Source of the DNA: Clostridia bacterium
GTDB lineage: Bacteria; Bacillota; Clostridia; RGIG7378
Direction of reading: 5' to 3'
DNA: 64,000 bases
Assembly: GCA_045588325.1 (NCBI GenBank)
Contig: JAZNEA010000057.1
Location: forward strand, 1,089 to 65,088
In this document: positions 8,850 through 18,359 of the stretch, piece after piece
How positions within the stretch are numbered: position 1 is the stretch's first letter
Layout of the letters: every line of letters begins with the position of its first letter
Notes under the pieces: model-generated
Told to the model about the DNA's origin: nothing
The model's input: the letters and a program-made list of their open reading frames with translations, nothing else
Databases searched by the model: none
Translations under genes and position numbers: made by a program

Positions 8850-10970
8850 ATGACTTATCGATCCATTCTAAAATCTCTTGCATTACTCATCATTTTTAGC
8901 ATGCTTATGTGTCCTGTTATTGGACAGGCAGCTACGGGTACCATCACAGGCAGTGACGTTAACCTTCGTCAAGGCGCTGGTACTAATTCAGCAGTTCTTA
9001 CCACTTTGGATAAGGGCGATGTTGTCAATGTTCTGAGTACACAGGGAGATTGGGTCAAGGTTACTTTTGGCAGTTATACAGGATACGTCTTTGGCACATA
9101 TGTTAAGACAACATCCGCAGGCACAGGTACTGTTACCGGAGATTATGTCAATCTCAGAGATGCAGCAGGTACCAACTCCAACGTTCTCACCTGCTTGAGG
9201 GCAGGCTCTAAGGTGGAGGTTATCGAGAAGACCGGCAACTGGTATAAGGTTCAGTATGGCAGTTACGTAGGATATATGTCTGCCAATTACATCAGCACAG
9301 GCGCAACGGTTACAACTCCTACTCCCACACCTACAGCAGCACCCACTGCCTCCCCCAACACAGGTACTAATGCGACACCTACAGCTGCACCTACAGCAGC
9401 ACCTACAGCTAAGCCTCAGGACGGCGCAGGCACAGGTATTCTCACAGGCGATTATGTCAACTTCCGCAAGGAGGCTAACAGCTCCAGCGCAGTTTTGGAT
9501 TGTCTGAGAGCAGGATCCAAGTTCACCGTATACGAGAAGGTGGGCAGCTGGCTCAAGATTAAGTACAACAACCAGACAGGATATATTTATGCATCCTACG
9601 TCAACGTTCAGTGGACAAATACATCCACTCCTGCACCTACACCAACCCCCTCTGGCAACCAGACCATCACTCTGGAAACAGGCACGGGCAAGGTTACAGG
9701 AGATGTGGTTAATGTAAGGTCTGGAGCAGGGACAAGCCACTCCGTAATTACATCCTATAAGTATGGCACAGAGGTTAAGGTCCTTGGAAAGTCTGGCGAG
9801 TGGTACAAGATTTCTAAGGGCAGCACTACAGGATATATGCATAGCGCATACGTTTCTGTTAAGTGGGACACAGTGACTGTCACACCTGCACCTACAGCAG
9901 CGCCAACAGCGACACCTACAACGGCACCTACAGCCACACCTACAACGGTACCCACAGAGCCTACACCTACACCTACGGCCACACCTACACCTACGGCCAC
10001 ACCGGTGCCTACACCTACGGTTAAGCCTACAGCAACTCCCAATCCCGATGCAGACTTTACTGTAAACGACAACGGAGTTATCGTACTGGACAAGGCATTG
10101 ACCGAGTATGTTTACGCCAAGATTAAGGTCACAGCTTCTGCTGTTAATGTCAGAGCCGGAGCGGGCACAAATTATGACGTTATCTATACTGTAACCAATG
10201 GCGATGAACTTATGCTCTTTGACATTGTTGGAGACTGGGCTCTTATAGCCTTTAACAATCAGTTTGGTTGGATCAGCAAGACGCTTACATCTGCGGCAGA
10301 TTGCCACAGACTTAAGATTACAGGATCTGACCTTAATGTCAGAGAGACCGTTCTCAGTGGCAAGGTTATCGGCCAGCTGCAGAAGGGCAACCTGGTATTG
10401 GGATGTCAGGTCAGCTACGGCTGGTACAATGTCATGAGCTATGATGGCAAGTACACTGGTGCCAAGAGTTGGATTTCTGGCAATTACACAACCAATGCAG
10501 ACGATGGTAAGATTATCAACGAGACAGTTCCCAAATATATCAGGGAGAACAACATTGTAACTGCAGAGGTAGTCAAGGAGACCGACAGAGACAAGATTAT
10601 CAATGCAGCAAAGCAGTACCTGGGAGTTCCCTATGTATACGGCGGACAGACCCCCAGTGGATTTGATTGCTCAGGTTACGTTTATTACGTATATCAGCAG
10701 GTTCTGGGCCTCGAGCTGGAGAGAGTTGCAGCCAGCCAGGCTACACAGGGAGTTCACAAGGTTCTCGCGGAGCTCCAGCCTGGAGACCTGGTGTTCTTTG
10801 ACACAGATGGTACAAGTAGCCACATCAACCATGTTGGTATCTACCTGGGAGACAACATGTTCATACACTCCTCATCAGGCAGTGGCAAGGTCGTTATCTC
10901 TCAGCTGTCCGGATTCTACTCCAGAACCTACATGACAGGCAGAAATATTATCGACTACATGGAGTATTAA
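8850..10970 (+). CDS. Secreted peptidoglycan endopeptidase with a signal peptide, five bacterial SH3 (SH3b) repeats separated by Pro/Thr-rich linkers, and a C-terminal NlpC/P60 domain
   Basis: The signal peptide is MTYRSILKSLALLIIFSMLMCPVIGQA. The GDxVNxRxGAGT...WxKV SH3b motif repeats five times. The NlpC/P60 catalytic Cys is in GFDCSGYVYYVY and the His in HVGIYLG. Confidence 0.85.
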   Translation: MTYRSILKSLALLIIFSMLMCPVIGQAATGTITGSDVNLRQGAGTNSAVLTTLDKGDVVNVLSTQGDWVKVTFGSYTGYVFGTYVKTTSAGTGTVTGDYVNLRDAAGTNSNVLTCLRAGSKVEVIEKTGNWYKVQYGSYVGYMSANYISTGATVTTPTPTPTAAPTASPNTGTNATPTAAPTAAPTAKPQDGAGTGILTGDYVNFRKEANSSSAVLDCLRAGSKFTVYEKVGSWLKIKYNNQTGYIYASYVNVQWTNTSTPAPTPTPSGNQTITLETGTGKVTGDVVNVRSGAGTSHSVITSYKYGTEVKVLGKSGEWYKISKGSTTGYMHSAYVSVKWDTVTVTPAPTAAPTATPTTAPTATPTTVPTEPTPTPTATPTPTATPVPTPTVKPTATPNPDADFTVNDNGVIVLDKALTEYVYAKIKVTASAVNVRAGAGTNYDVIYTVTNGDELMLFDIVGDWALIAFNNQFGWISKTLTSAADCHRLKITGSDLNVRETVLSGKVIGQLQKGNLVLGCQVSYGWYNVMSYDGKYTGAKSWISGNYTTNADDGKIINETVPKYIRENNIVTAEVVKETDRDKIINAAKQYLGVPYVYGGQTPSGFDCSGYVYYVYQQVLGLELERVAASQATQGVHKVLAELQPGDLVFFDTDGTSSHINHVGIYLGDNMFIHSSSGSGKVVISQLSGFYSRTYMTGRNIIDYMEY
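9889..10030 (+). repeat. Pro/Thr/Ala-rich tandem codon repeat (ACNCCNACN units) encoding linker [46 protein letters not shown] second tract lies at about 9300-9420.
   Basis: The low-complexity tandem repeat is visible in the DNA. Near-identical tracts recur in the genes at 12930-13000, 37200-37390 and 40200-40330. Confidence 0.8.
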
Positions 10971-10978
10971 ATAATGAG

Positions 10979-11006
10979 GTCCTCACAGAAATGTGGGGAC
11001 TTTTTT
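10979..11006 (+). terminator. Rho-independent terminator (GTCCTCACA...TGTGGGGAC + T6)
   Basis: A hairpin plus U-run sits immediately after the NlpC/P60 stop. Confidence 0.6.
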
Positions 11007-11063
11007 GATTGACAGAAAAGTTATATAATTTGTTTATAGATAAAAAGCTTTGGAGGAACAAAC

Positions 11064-13184
11064 ATGAAGAAGATATGTGTTATCACCGTTATTGTTTTGG
11101 CCGTGCTAGCTTTAGTATGCGGCGTATCCTTTGCTGACGAAAAGCCCACCTCTGGACAGTCAGGGGAAACTGTAACTTGGGTATACGATGAGGCCACTGC
11201 GACACTAACTTTTTCTGGAACGGGACCAACAGCACCTAGTTATGCTTCTGGACGACCTTGGGAAGTATGGAAGAATCAGGCAAAGCATATTGTGGTAGAA
11301 GAAGGAATAGATCAAATTCAATCCTCCTTTATTAAAGGATTTGAGAAGGTAGAGGATATATCTCTTCCTAGCACTTTAACATCTATAGGAGGTTCAGTCT
11401 TTGAGGGGTGTAAGAGCCTAAAATCCATAGTAATTCCAGAGGGTGTTACTTATTTGTCTCAACATGCATTTAAGGATTGTATTGCACTAGAAGACATAAA
11501 GTTGCCGGATTCTCTTTTGGAAGTAGAACCATATACTTTTGAGGGATGTACTTCTTTGCGTAGTATTGTTATCCCAGATAAGGTGAAAAAGGTAAGATTG
11601 ACCTGGTTTGCAGGTTGTACAAGCCTGATTTCCATAACATTTGGCGAAAGTGTACAGTCTATAAGGCATATGGACCAGGAGACACAGTATAGAATAAGGA
11701 CAATGATATTTAAGGGCAGTGCTCCAAATTTGGAGGAGTATACCTTGCATAGACTTACAGTAACGGTATATTGTCCAGCGGGGGACAGCTCATGGAATAA
11801 TTGGCCTGGAACAGAGCAATTCGATACAACAATCAAGCTTGTGCCAGTAAATGATCCGTCCAGCGTTGTTCCTAATTTGGATTTGAATATCTACTCAGGT
11901 TCTTGTGGACAAACGGCAAATTGGGAGTTAAAAAATGGTGTTTTAAAAATCACAGGAACAGGTAGCGTAACATCTTCTCCTTGGGATCCTGTCGCAGGTG
12001 AAGTGAAAAAGATTGTAATAGAAGATGGCATTACAGAAATTAATTGCAGTTCCGCTTTTGAACCATGCAAAAATGCAACGGAAGTGACCTTATCCAAGAA
12101 TTTAAAGAAATTGGGAGAGACTGCTTTCCAAGGATGTAACATCAAAACATTAACCATTCCTGGAAGCCTAAAGGTTATTCCTAAGAATGCGTTTAGTTAT
12201 TGCCATAAGTTGGAAAAGGTTGTAATTCAAGAAGGGGTAATTAGTATTGAAGACGATGCTTTTTCGAATTGTGAAAAGCTCACCTCTGTGGAAATGCCGG
12301 ATTCCTTGGAATCAATTGGAAAGAGAGTATTTTATAGATGCTCTGCAATGTCATCCCTGGTAATTCCCAAAAATGTTAAGTTCCTAGGGGAGGGATTCTT
12401 TCTGGGGATGAGTAGCCTAAAGGACATTTACTTTATGGGAGACAGGCCAGAGCATGAGCAGACGAACGTCTACGGATTCCAATCATTTACAATACATATT
12501 CCAAATTATTTGTCTTCTTGGAAGGGTGTTGGTGGAGCCTATGGAATAGCTCCAAATAGTGCAATGAGTGTTGTTAAGTACGATTGTACCCATTCTTGTG
12601 ATAAGTGGACCAATGCAGATGGTGACAAGCATACGGCCAAGTGTTCTAACTGCGGCCAAACCGTATCTGCATCACATACATGGACGGAAAAGAGCGTAGA
12701 CAAGACACCAACCTGCACAGAAGCAGGATCCAAGACAATGCAGTGCAAAACTTGTGGAGCAACAAAGGTTGAACCCATAGAGCCCACAGGTCACGCAGCA
12801 GACCGGTCTTTGAACTATCAGCAGAATGAGACCCACCACTGGAAGGACTGCCTAGTTTGTGGAGCCAAGGTAGACGAACAGGAGCACCAGGGAGCAGAGG
12901 AGTGCGAGGTGTGCAGGTATAAGCCAGAACCAACGCCTACACCGGAGCCCACCATAGCGCCTACACCGGAGTCAACGCCGGCACCAGAATCAACGGCAAA
13001 ACCGTCTGCCACTCCAATACCGGAGGCAGGAGACAAGGGCAATACTCCAACACCTGATCCAAGTCAGGACGTAGGAGATCCAAAGCCTGAGAAGAACGAA
13101 ATGCTATGGATAATCGTCGCTGCAGGAGTAGTCGTGGCAGGAGCGGCAGTTGCAGTGCCTATCCTGTTAAAGAGAAAGAAATAG
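11064..13184 (+). CDS. Cell-surface BspA-type leucine-rich-repeat (LRR_5) protein with a Cys-rich module, a Pro/Thr-rich stalk and a C-terminal TM anchor
   Basis: It has a signal peptide and many repeats of the ...FxxCxxLxxIxIPxxVxxIxxxAF... type. A C-x2-C-rich segment (CTHSCDKW...CSNCG...CKTCG...CLVCG...CEVC) precedes the PEPTPTPEPT stalk. The hydrophobic C-terminus ends KRKK. Confidence 0.75.
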   Translation: MKKICVITVIVLAVLALVCGVSFADEKPTSGQSGETVTWVYDEATATLTFSGTGPTAPSYASGRPWEVWKNQAKHIVVEEGIDQIQSSFIKGFEKVEDISLPSTLTSIGGSVFEGCKSLKSIVIPEGVTYLSQHAFKDCIALEDIKLPDSLLEVEPYTFEGCTSLRSIVIPDKVKKVRLTWFAGCTSLISITFGESVQSIRHMDQETQYRIRTMIFKGSAPNLEEYTLHRLTVTVYCPAGDSSWNNWPGTEQFDTTIKLVPVNDPSSVVPNLDLNIYSGSCGQTANWELKNGVLKITGTGSVTSSPWDPVAGEVKKIVIEDGITEINCSSAFEPCKNATEVTLSKNLKKLGETAFQGCNIKTLTIPGSLKVIPKNAFSYCHKLEKVVIQEGVISIEDDAFSNCEKLTSVEMPDSLESIGKRVFYRCSAMSSLVIPKNVKFLGEGFFLGMSSLKDIYFMGDRPEHEQTNVYGFQSFTIHIPNYLSSWKGVGGAYGIAPNSAMSVVKYDCTHSCDKWTNADGDKHTAKCSNCGQTVSASHTWTEKSVDKTPTCTEAGSKTMQCKTCGATKVEPIEPTGHAADRSLNYQQNETHHWKDCLVCGAKVDEQEHQGAEECEVCRYKPEPTPTPEPTIAPTPESTPAPESTAKPSATPIPEAGDKGNTPTPDPSQDVGDPKPEKNEMLWIIVAAGVVVAGAAVAVPILLKRKK

Positions 13185-13190
13185 CGCATA

Positions 13191-13225
13191 AACCACAGTG
13201 GGAAACTACTGTGGTTTTCTTTTTG
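13191..13225 (+). terminator. Rho-independent terminator after the LRR surface-protein gene
   Basis: CCACAGTGGGAAACTACTGTGG hairpin followed by TTTTCTTTTTG. Confidence 0.65.
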
Positions 13226-13306
13226 CCTGTTGCTTGTCGAAAATGGCCGTAAAGGGTCGGAATTTTTGTCTTGAGACTTTGCTTGTCGAAAGCCTAGAAT
13301 ACACCC

Positions 13307-15658
13307 ATGATCAAAACAGAGGAGTTTACAGGCAGAATCTTGGCCCTCGGATGTTGCGCATTTGTGGCAGGCGCAGCTACGTATGTGGACGGCAGTGCAT
13401 TTGGTGTACTGCTGCTTTTGGTATGCATAGGTATTTTCGCCTGCGGTGGCAGTAGGATTGAGACTAAAACCTGGCTTGTCCCCATGCTGTTTGTAACGCT
13501 GTTTTTGTTGGGATATCTCAGGATTTACACCAGCGACAACAGAGCCATTGGGACCATGCACGCCCTGGAGGGGCAGGATATTACTGCAGTGGCAATTGTG
13601 GAGCGAGAGTCCCAATACGGCTATTTGCTCCGAGTTGTGGAGGCGGATTGCGACATAATGGGCAGGCCTTATCTGGAGACTGAGCAGGAGCTGCGTCCCG
13701 GAGATGTTGTGAAGGTCCAAGGACAATGCCTGATGTACGACGGAGCGGAGAACCCAGGCGACTTTAGCTATATGAATTACATGAAATCCTGCGGTAATTT
13801 CTTTTTTATCCAGGGTGCCTGTCAGCCATATGCGGACTCCTTGATGTGGCACCACGTGTTGTTGGCCAGGTTATGCAGTTTGTTTGGCAATATTGGCAAC
13901 AGCGCCAGAGAACTTATTCAACGATTGTTTGGCGAAGATGCTCCCGTGATAATGGGGATGATCCTGGGCGACACAGATGCCATGCCCTACGGAGAGACCC
14001 AGATGTATAGACAGGCTGGCATTGGTCACTATTTTGCAGTCAGCGGTCTGCATATTGGCATGTTGGCCGGCGGAATCTCCTGGGCGTTCGGGTTAATTGG
14101 CCTTGGCAAAAAGGGAAAGGCCATTGCGGTGATGGTATCGGTGACTGTATTGTTGGCCCTTTGCGGTTTTACGCCCAGCAGTCTCAGGGCGGCCTTTATG
14201 TTGCTAATGTCGGCGGTGGCATATCTGGTCTATCGCCGCAGCGATGTTGTAACCACCGTATCCTTGTCGGCAGCCGTCTCTCTGTGCTTGACCCCCCATC
14301 TCATATACAATTCAGGCTTTATCCTGTCCCATGGTGCCATCATCTCCTTTGGGATTATAAACGCTAAGTTGGTTTCTCCCTTGATAAAAATGGCGGGACA
14401 GAGGCATCAAAAGGTATTGGAGACCTTGGCGGCTCCGCTGGTGTTCTGGTTAGTTACGGCCCCGGCTTCTGGTAGTATGTTTGGATCAGTGGCCACGTAT
14501 GGAGTCCTGTCAAATCTGGTGTGTTCGGGGCTGTTTTCCCTGGCCTTTGGCCTTGGATTGGCCTCACTGGCAGTGGGTGCCATGTGGTTCGATGCAGGTC
14601 AGGTGTTGGCCAGGAGCTGTAGCGCAGTGATTTCACTGGTTCGGAATATATGTAGCTGGATAACAAGCTTGCCAAATCCAGAGATAACGGGGATAAGTGC
14701 GTCCTTCCTGCTGTACGCGCTGCTGCTGTTGCCTGCGCTAGGCATCGGGCTGGCTCACTCAAGCCGTCATCGCCAGCGAGGGCCCTCCACCACACGCTGC
14801 ATCCGGGCCCTCCTGACCGCGCCAGTGGCCATCTGCGCCCTGATAGCTTTGGCGCAGGCTGCCACCACCCCCCTTGTGCAGGCCACCTACCTGTCTGTGG
14901 GCCAGGGCGACAGCACCGTGCTGCAGTTTGCCAACGGAGCCACCATGGTGGTGGACGGCTCCACAGAGTATTATGGCGACCGCCTGCTGGATTATCTGGA
15001 GCGGCGGGGCGTAGAGCATGTGGATGCACTGGTGCTTTCCCACGGTCATAGCGACCACGGGGGTGGCCTGCTGGGTGTGATGGGGTTGGTGCAGCGGGGC
15101 CAGCTGTCCCTGGGACGCCTGTATTTGTCGGGGGCGGACGAGACAGGACTGGCCCGGGCACTGGCCGATGCTGCTGCCACTGCAGGAGTGGATGTGGCCT
15201 GGTTGCATGCCGGAGATAGTTTTCAGGTGGGTGGCAACAGGGTGGATGTGATGTGGCCTGTGGCTGGGCATTCGTCCCTTAAGGAGGAGAACAATTATTC
15301 ATTGGTGCTGGCGTTGGAGGTTGGCCAGGACAGGTTTATTTTCACTGGCGATATTGAATCCAATGCAGAATCCTTTATAATTGACTATATGGATCCATGC
15401 TCGGTGCTTAAGGTTGCACACCACGGGTCCAACACGTCCTCTACGGCACCATTTTTGGAGGTGTTATCTCCTGAGATTTCACTTATTTCCGTAGGCAATA
15501 ACACATATGGACACCCCGCTCCGCAGGTTGTGGACAGGCTCACAGATGTGGGTAGCCTTGTTCATATTACCAGGAGAGATGGTGCGCTGATTGTTAGGTC
15601 TGATGGCAGGGGATGTAAGATTGTCAACTGGAAGGGTTTATGGGGATTAAGGAACTAA
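13307..15658 (+). CDS. comEC: DNA internalization-related competence protein ComEC/Rec2, with a ComEC channel domain and a C-terminal metallo-beta-lactamase domain
   Basis: It has a polytopic membrane N-terminus, a competence domain, and the MBL motif HGHSDHGGG followed by ...VAHHGSNTSST.... It is followed by holA, as in B. subtilis comEC-holA. Confidence 0.9.
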   Translation: MIKTEEFTGRILALGCCAFVAGAATYVDGSAFGVLLLLVCIGIFACGGSRIETKTWLVPMLFVTLFLLGYLRIYTSDNRAIGTMHALEGQDITAVAIVERESQYGYLLRVVEADCDIMGRPYLETEQELRPGDVVKVQGQCLMYDGAENPGDFSYMNYMKSCGNFFFIQGACQPYADSLMWHHVLLARLCSLFGNIGNSARELIQRLFGEDAPVIMGMILGDTDAMPYGETQMYRQAGIGHYFAVSGLHIGMLAGGISWAFGLIGLGKKGKAIAVMVSVTVLLALCGFTPSSLRAAFMLLMSAVAYLVYRRSDVVTTVSLSAAVSLCLTPHLIYNSGFILSHGAIISFGIINAKLVSPLIKMAGQRHQKVLETLAAPLVFWLVTAPASGSMFGSVATYGVLSNLVCSGLFSLAFGLGLASLAVGAMWFDAGQVLARSCSAVISLVRNICSWITSLPNPEITGISASFLLYALLLLPALGIGLAHSSRHRQRGPSTTRCIRALLTAPVAICALIALAQAATTPLVQATYLSVGQGDSTVLQFANGATMVVDGSTEYYGDRLLDYLERRGVEHVDALVLSHGHSDHGGGLLGVMGLVQRGQLSLGRLYLSGADETGLARALADAAATAGVDVAWLHAGDSFQVGGNRVDVMWPVAGHSSLKEENNYSLVLALEVGQDRFIFTGDIESNAESFIIDYMDPCSVLKVAHHGSNTSSTAPFLEVLSPEISLISVGNNTYGHPAPQVVDRLTDVGSLVHITRRDGALIVRSDGRGCKIVNWKGLWGLRN

Positions 15659-16632
15659 ACGATATTCTTAAGAGCAAACAGGTTCCGCAGGTGGTACTGT
15701 TATATGGCGTAGAGGACTATCTACGTCACTTTTATAGTGGTGCGCTGGCAGATATTTTGGTCCCCGACCGCGATGATTTTGCAAATAGAGTCGTCTTAGA
15801 TGAAAATGTGACATTAGAGACGGTTAAAGATGCCTGTGAGGCCTTGCCCTTTTTCTCAGAGTACAAGGTGGTCCTGGTTAAGGACGCAGGACTGCTCAAG
15901 GGCAAGATGGCCGGAGACTGGGACTTTGTCAGGACAATAGATGATTCCGTCAGGCTGATTATTTCGGAGAGAGAGGTCGACGCCAGGGGCAAGGGGTTTA
16001 AGATGCTCAGTCAGACAGCCTTTTGTTGTGAACTTGGGGAGCAGGACCAGATTACCCGCGAAAAGTGGTTGGCCAAGAGGTTGCGCAGCCAGGGAGTTCT
16101 GGCAGACGCTGAAATTATCCGCAGGATCGTTGAACTATGTGATGCAGATATGTACACCCTGGCCAACGAGTCAGATAAGCTCATCGCCTTTGCCGGTCAG
16201 GGAGGCACCATTACTGCAGAGGACGTAGATGCGCTGTGCACAGCTTCTATCAAGAGCGTGGTCTTTGACCTGACAGATGCAGTTTCTACAGGCAGGCCGG
16301 ACAGGGCATACAAGGTGCTGGAGGATATGAGACAGCTGAGGGAGGCAGACCAAAAGCTGTTCATCACAATGGCAGGTCATATATCCAAGATGTTGCGATA
16401 CAGGCTCATGTTAGAAAAGGGGGCCACAGATGGGGAGATTAACTCGGTGATGAAGATGCATCCCTTTGCCTTCCGCAAGATGAGTGGGCAGAGCAGGCGG
16501 TTTTCCACTGCCACCCTGAGGGAGATGCACAAATTCTGCGTGGATGCAGACGAAAAGTCTAAGAACGGATATTTGGATGCTGGCAAGGCTATGGAGTTGC
16601 TGATTGCCATGGCGGGGAGCAAACAGAAATGA
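15640..16632 (+). CDS. holA: DNA polymerase III delta subunit
   Basis: It is about 330 aa with an N-terminal ...VVLLYGVEDYL... motif typical of HolA. It overlaps the comEC end and is coupled to recJ. Confidence 0.85.
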   Translation: MGIKELNDILKSKQVPQVVLLYGVEDYLRHFYSGALADILVPDRDDFANRVVLDENVTLETVKDACEALPFFSEYKVVLVKDAGLLKGKMAGDWDFVRTIDDSVRLIISEREVDARGKGFKMLSQTAFCCELGEQDQITREKWLAKRLRSQGVLADAEIIRRIVELCDADMYTLANESDKLIAFAGQGGTITAEDVDALCTASIKSVVFDLTDAVSTGRPDRAYKVLEDMRQLREADQKLFITMAGHISKMLRYRLMLEKGATDGEINSVMKMHPFAFRKMSGQSRRFSTATLREMHKFCVDADEKSKNGYLDAGKAMELLIAMAGSKQK

Positions 16633-18359
16633 TTACCAGAGAGGAATGGTTCGTCAGAGGGACCAATACAGAGGATATAAACAGGTTGCAGAGAGAGGCT
16701 GGACTTTCTCCGGTTATGGCTCGCATTATGGCAGGCAGAGGAGTCAGAGACCCGAGGCAGGCCCAACTGGCTCTGCGCAACGACACCATGGGTCTATTGG
16801 ATGGATTTGACATGGCCGATATGACCAAGGGCGTGGAGATTGTAGCCAACGCTATCCGTCGTGGGGACAAGATACTGATTGTTGGGGACTATGACGCAGA
16901 CGGCATAACGGCCACCAGCATTCTCATTAAGGTGCTCAACGATTTGGGGGCACTCTACGCTTATCGGATTCCCAATCGAGTTACAGATGGATATGGCATT
17001 AGCATTGGCATAATTAACGAGGCCATCCTCAGCGGGGCGCGGGTTATATTGACCTGCGACAATGGAATTGCAGCAACAGAGCAGATAAATTACGCCATTA
17101 CAGCAGGACTTAGCGTGGTGGTTACAGACCATCACCAGGTACAGGGGTTCCTGCCTCCGGCACACGCAGTTATCAATCCCCACAGAGCAGATTGCGCTTA
17201 CCAGTACAAGGAACTGTGCGGCGCAGGCGTGGCGTACAAATTCGCCCAATGCCTGTACAGCCAGATGGGAGTGGATACATACGATGACGATTATTTGCTG
17301 GAGCTGGCCACCATAGGGACCATATGCGACGTAGTTCCCATGACAGGCGAGAACAGGATAATCGCCAGATATGGATTGGGATTGCTGTCGGACTCCAGGA
17401 ATACAGGGATCCGGGCGCTCTGCAGGGCCAATGGCATAGAGGCAAAGACGCAGACCACATATACGGTTGGATTTGTAATTGGGCCATGCCTGAATGCCAC
17501 CGGCAGGTTAGAGGACGCCACCCTGGCAGTAAAATTGTTAACCGAAACCAATGAGGAAAAGGCCACAGAGTTGGCAGGAGAGTTGACAGCGCTCAACAGA
17601 GAACGACAGAGGATTACGGATCAGGATGTGGCCACAGCTCTGGAACAGGTGAATGCTCACGATGCAGAGCAGCCCGTTATCGTGGTGTATTCCCCTAAGA
17701 TCAGCGAGAGCGTCGCAGGTATTGTGGCAGGCAGACTCAGGGAGACCTATGGCAGACCTGCAATTGTCTTGTGTGACTCCGGAGAGGAGGGCGTGGCCAA
17801 GGGATCGGCTCGTTCTGTGGAGGAGATAAACATTTACGAGATTTTGGCCAAGTGCAGCGACCTGATGATAAAGTTCGGTGGTCACCCCATGGCAGCAGGG
17901 TTGTCCATGGCAGCGGACAATATACCTGAGCTAAAGAGCAGGGTTAACCAGCTGGCCAGTTCCGATGGCGAAATTGTCACCAAGGTGATGATAGACGTAC
18001 CCATGAAGATTTCTGCGGCAACGCTGGAGATGGCACAGGATGTGGCCAGACTTGAACCATTTGGCAAGGACAATGACAAGCCTGTTTTCGCAGACAAGAA
18101 TCTCAAATTGGTGTCTTACCGGCCTCTGGGAGCCAAGGGCAAGGCCACAGAGTTACAGATGGCAGATACTGCGGGACACACTGTGCGAGCAGTTGTTTTT
18201 GGAGATGTGAACAAATTTGATGGATTTGCAAAGGGATGTGCAGGCATCGGGGACACATGCCTGGATGTATGCTATAATCTGAATGTTGACGCCTATGCTG
18301 GTCGAGAGAGGCTGGGCATAGTGGTCACCAATTACCGACAATCCAGGGGGAATGCCTGA
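16629..18359 (+). CDS. recJ: Single-stranded-DNA-specific exonuclease RecJ
   Basis: DHH motifs (ILIVGDYDADGITATSIL; VVVTDHH) and a DHHA1 domain are present. It overlaps holA in an ATGA arrangement. Confidence 0.9.
   Translation: MITREEWFVRGTNTEDINRLQREAGLSPVMARIMAGRGVRDPRQAQLALRNDTMGLLDGFDMADMTKGVEIVANAIRRGDKILIVGDYDADGITATSILIKVLNDLGALYAYRIPNRVTDGYGISIGIINEAILSGARVILTCDNGIAATEQINYAITAGLSVVVTDHHQVQGFLPPAHAVINPHRADCAYQYKELCGAGVAYKFAQCLYSQMGVDTYDDDYLLELATIGTICDVVPMTGENRIIARYGLGLLSDSRNTGIRALCRANGIEAKTQTTYTVGFVIGPCLNATGRLEDATLAVKLLTETNEEKATELAGELTALNRERQRITDQDVATALEQVNAHDAEQPVIVVYSPKISESVAGIVAGRLRETYGRPAIVLCDSGEEGVAKGSARSVEEINIYEILAKCSDLMIKFGGHPMAAGLSMAADNIPELKSRVNQLASSDGEIVTKVMIDVPMKISAATLEMAQDVARLEPFGKDNDKPVFADKNLKLVSYRPLGAKGKATELQMADTAGHTVRAVVFGDVNKFDGFAKGCAGIGDTCLDVCYNLNVDAYAGRERLGIVVTNYRQSRGNA

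Noticed and set aside
9300-10030. Possible CRISPR array suggested by the regular short repeats
   Set aside because: The repeats are contiguous 9-nt codon units inside an ORF, encoding a Pro/Thr linker. There are no spacers, no leader and no cas genes, so this is not a CRISPR array.
8988-10307. 439-aa Cys/Arg-rich minus-strand ORF
   Set aside because: It is antisense to the SH3b-NlpC/P60 gene and is produced by the reverse complement of the Pro/Thr codon repeats, with no independent support.
14454-15271. Two overlapping minus-strand ORFs (235 and 170 aa), rich in Pro/Gly/Arg/Ala
   Set aside because: They are antisense to the GC-rich patch of comEC. Their open frames are the expected by-product of high GC content, not genes.
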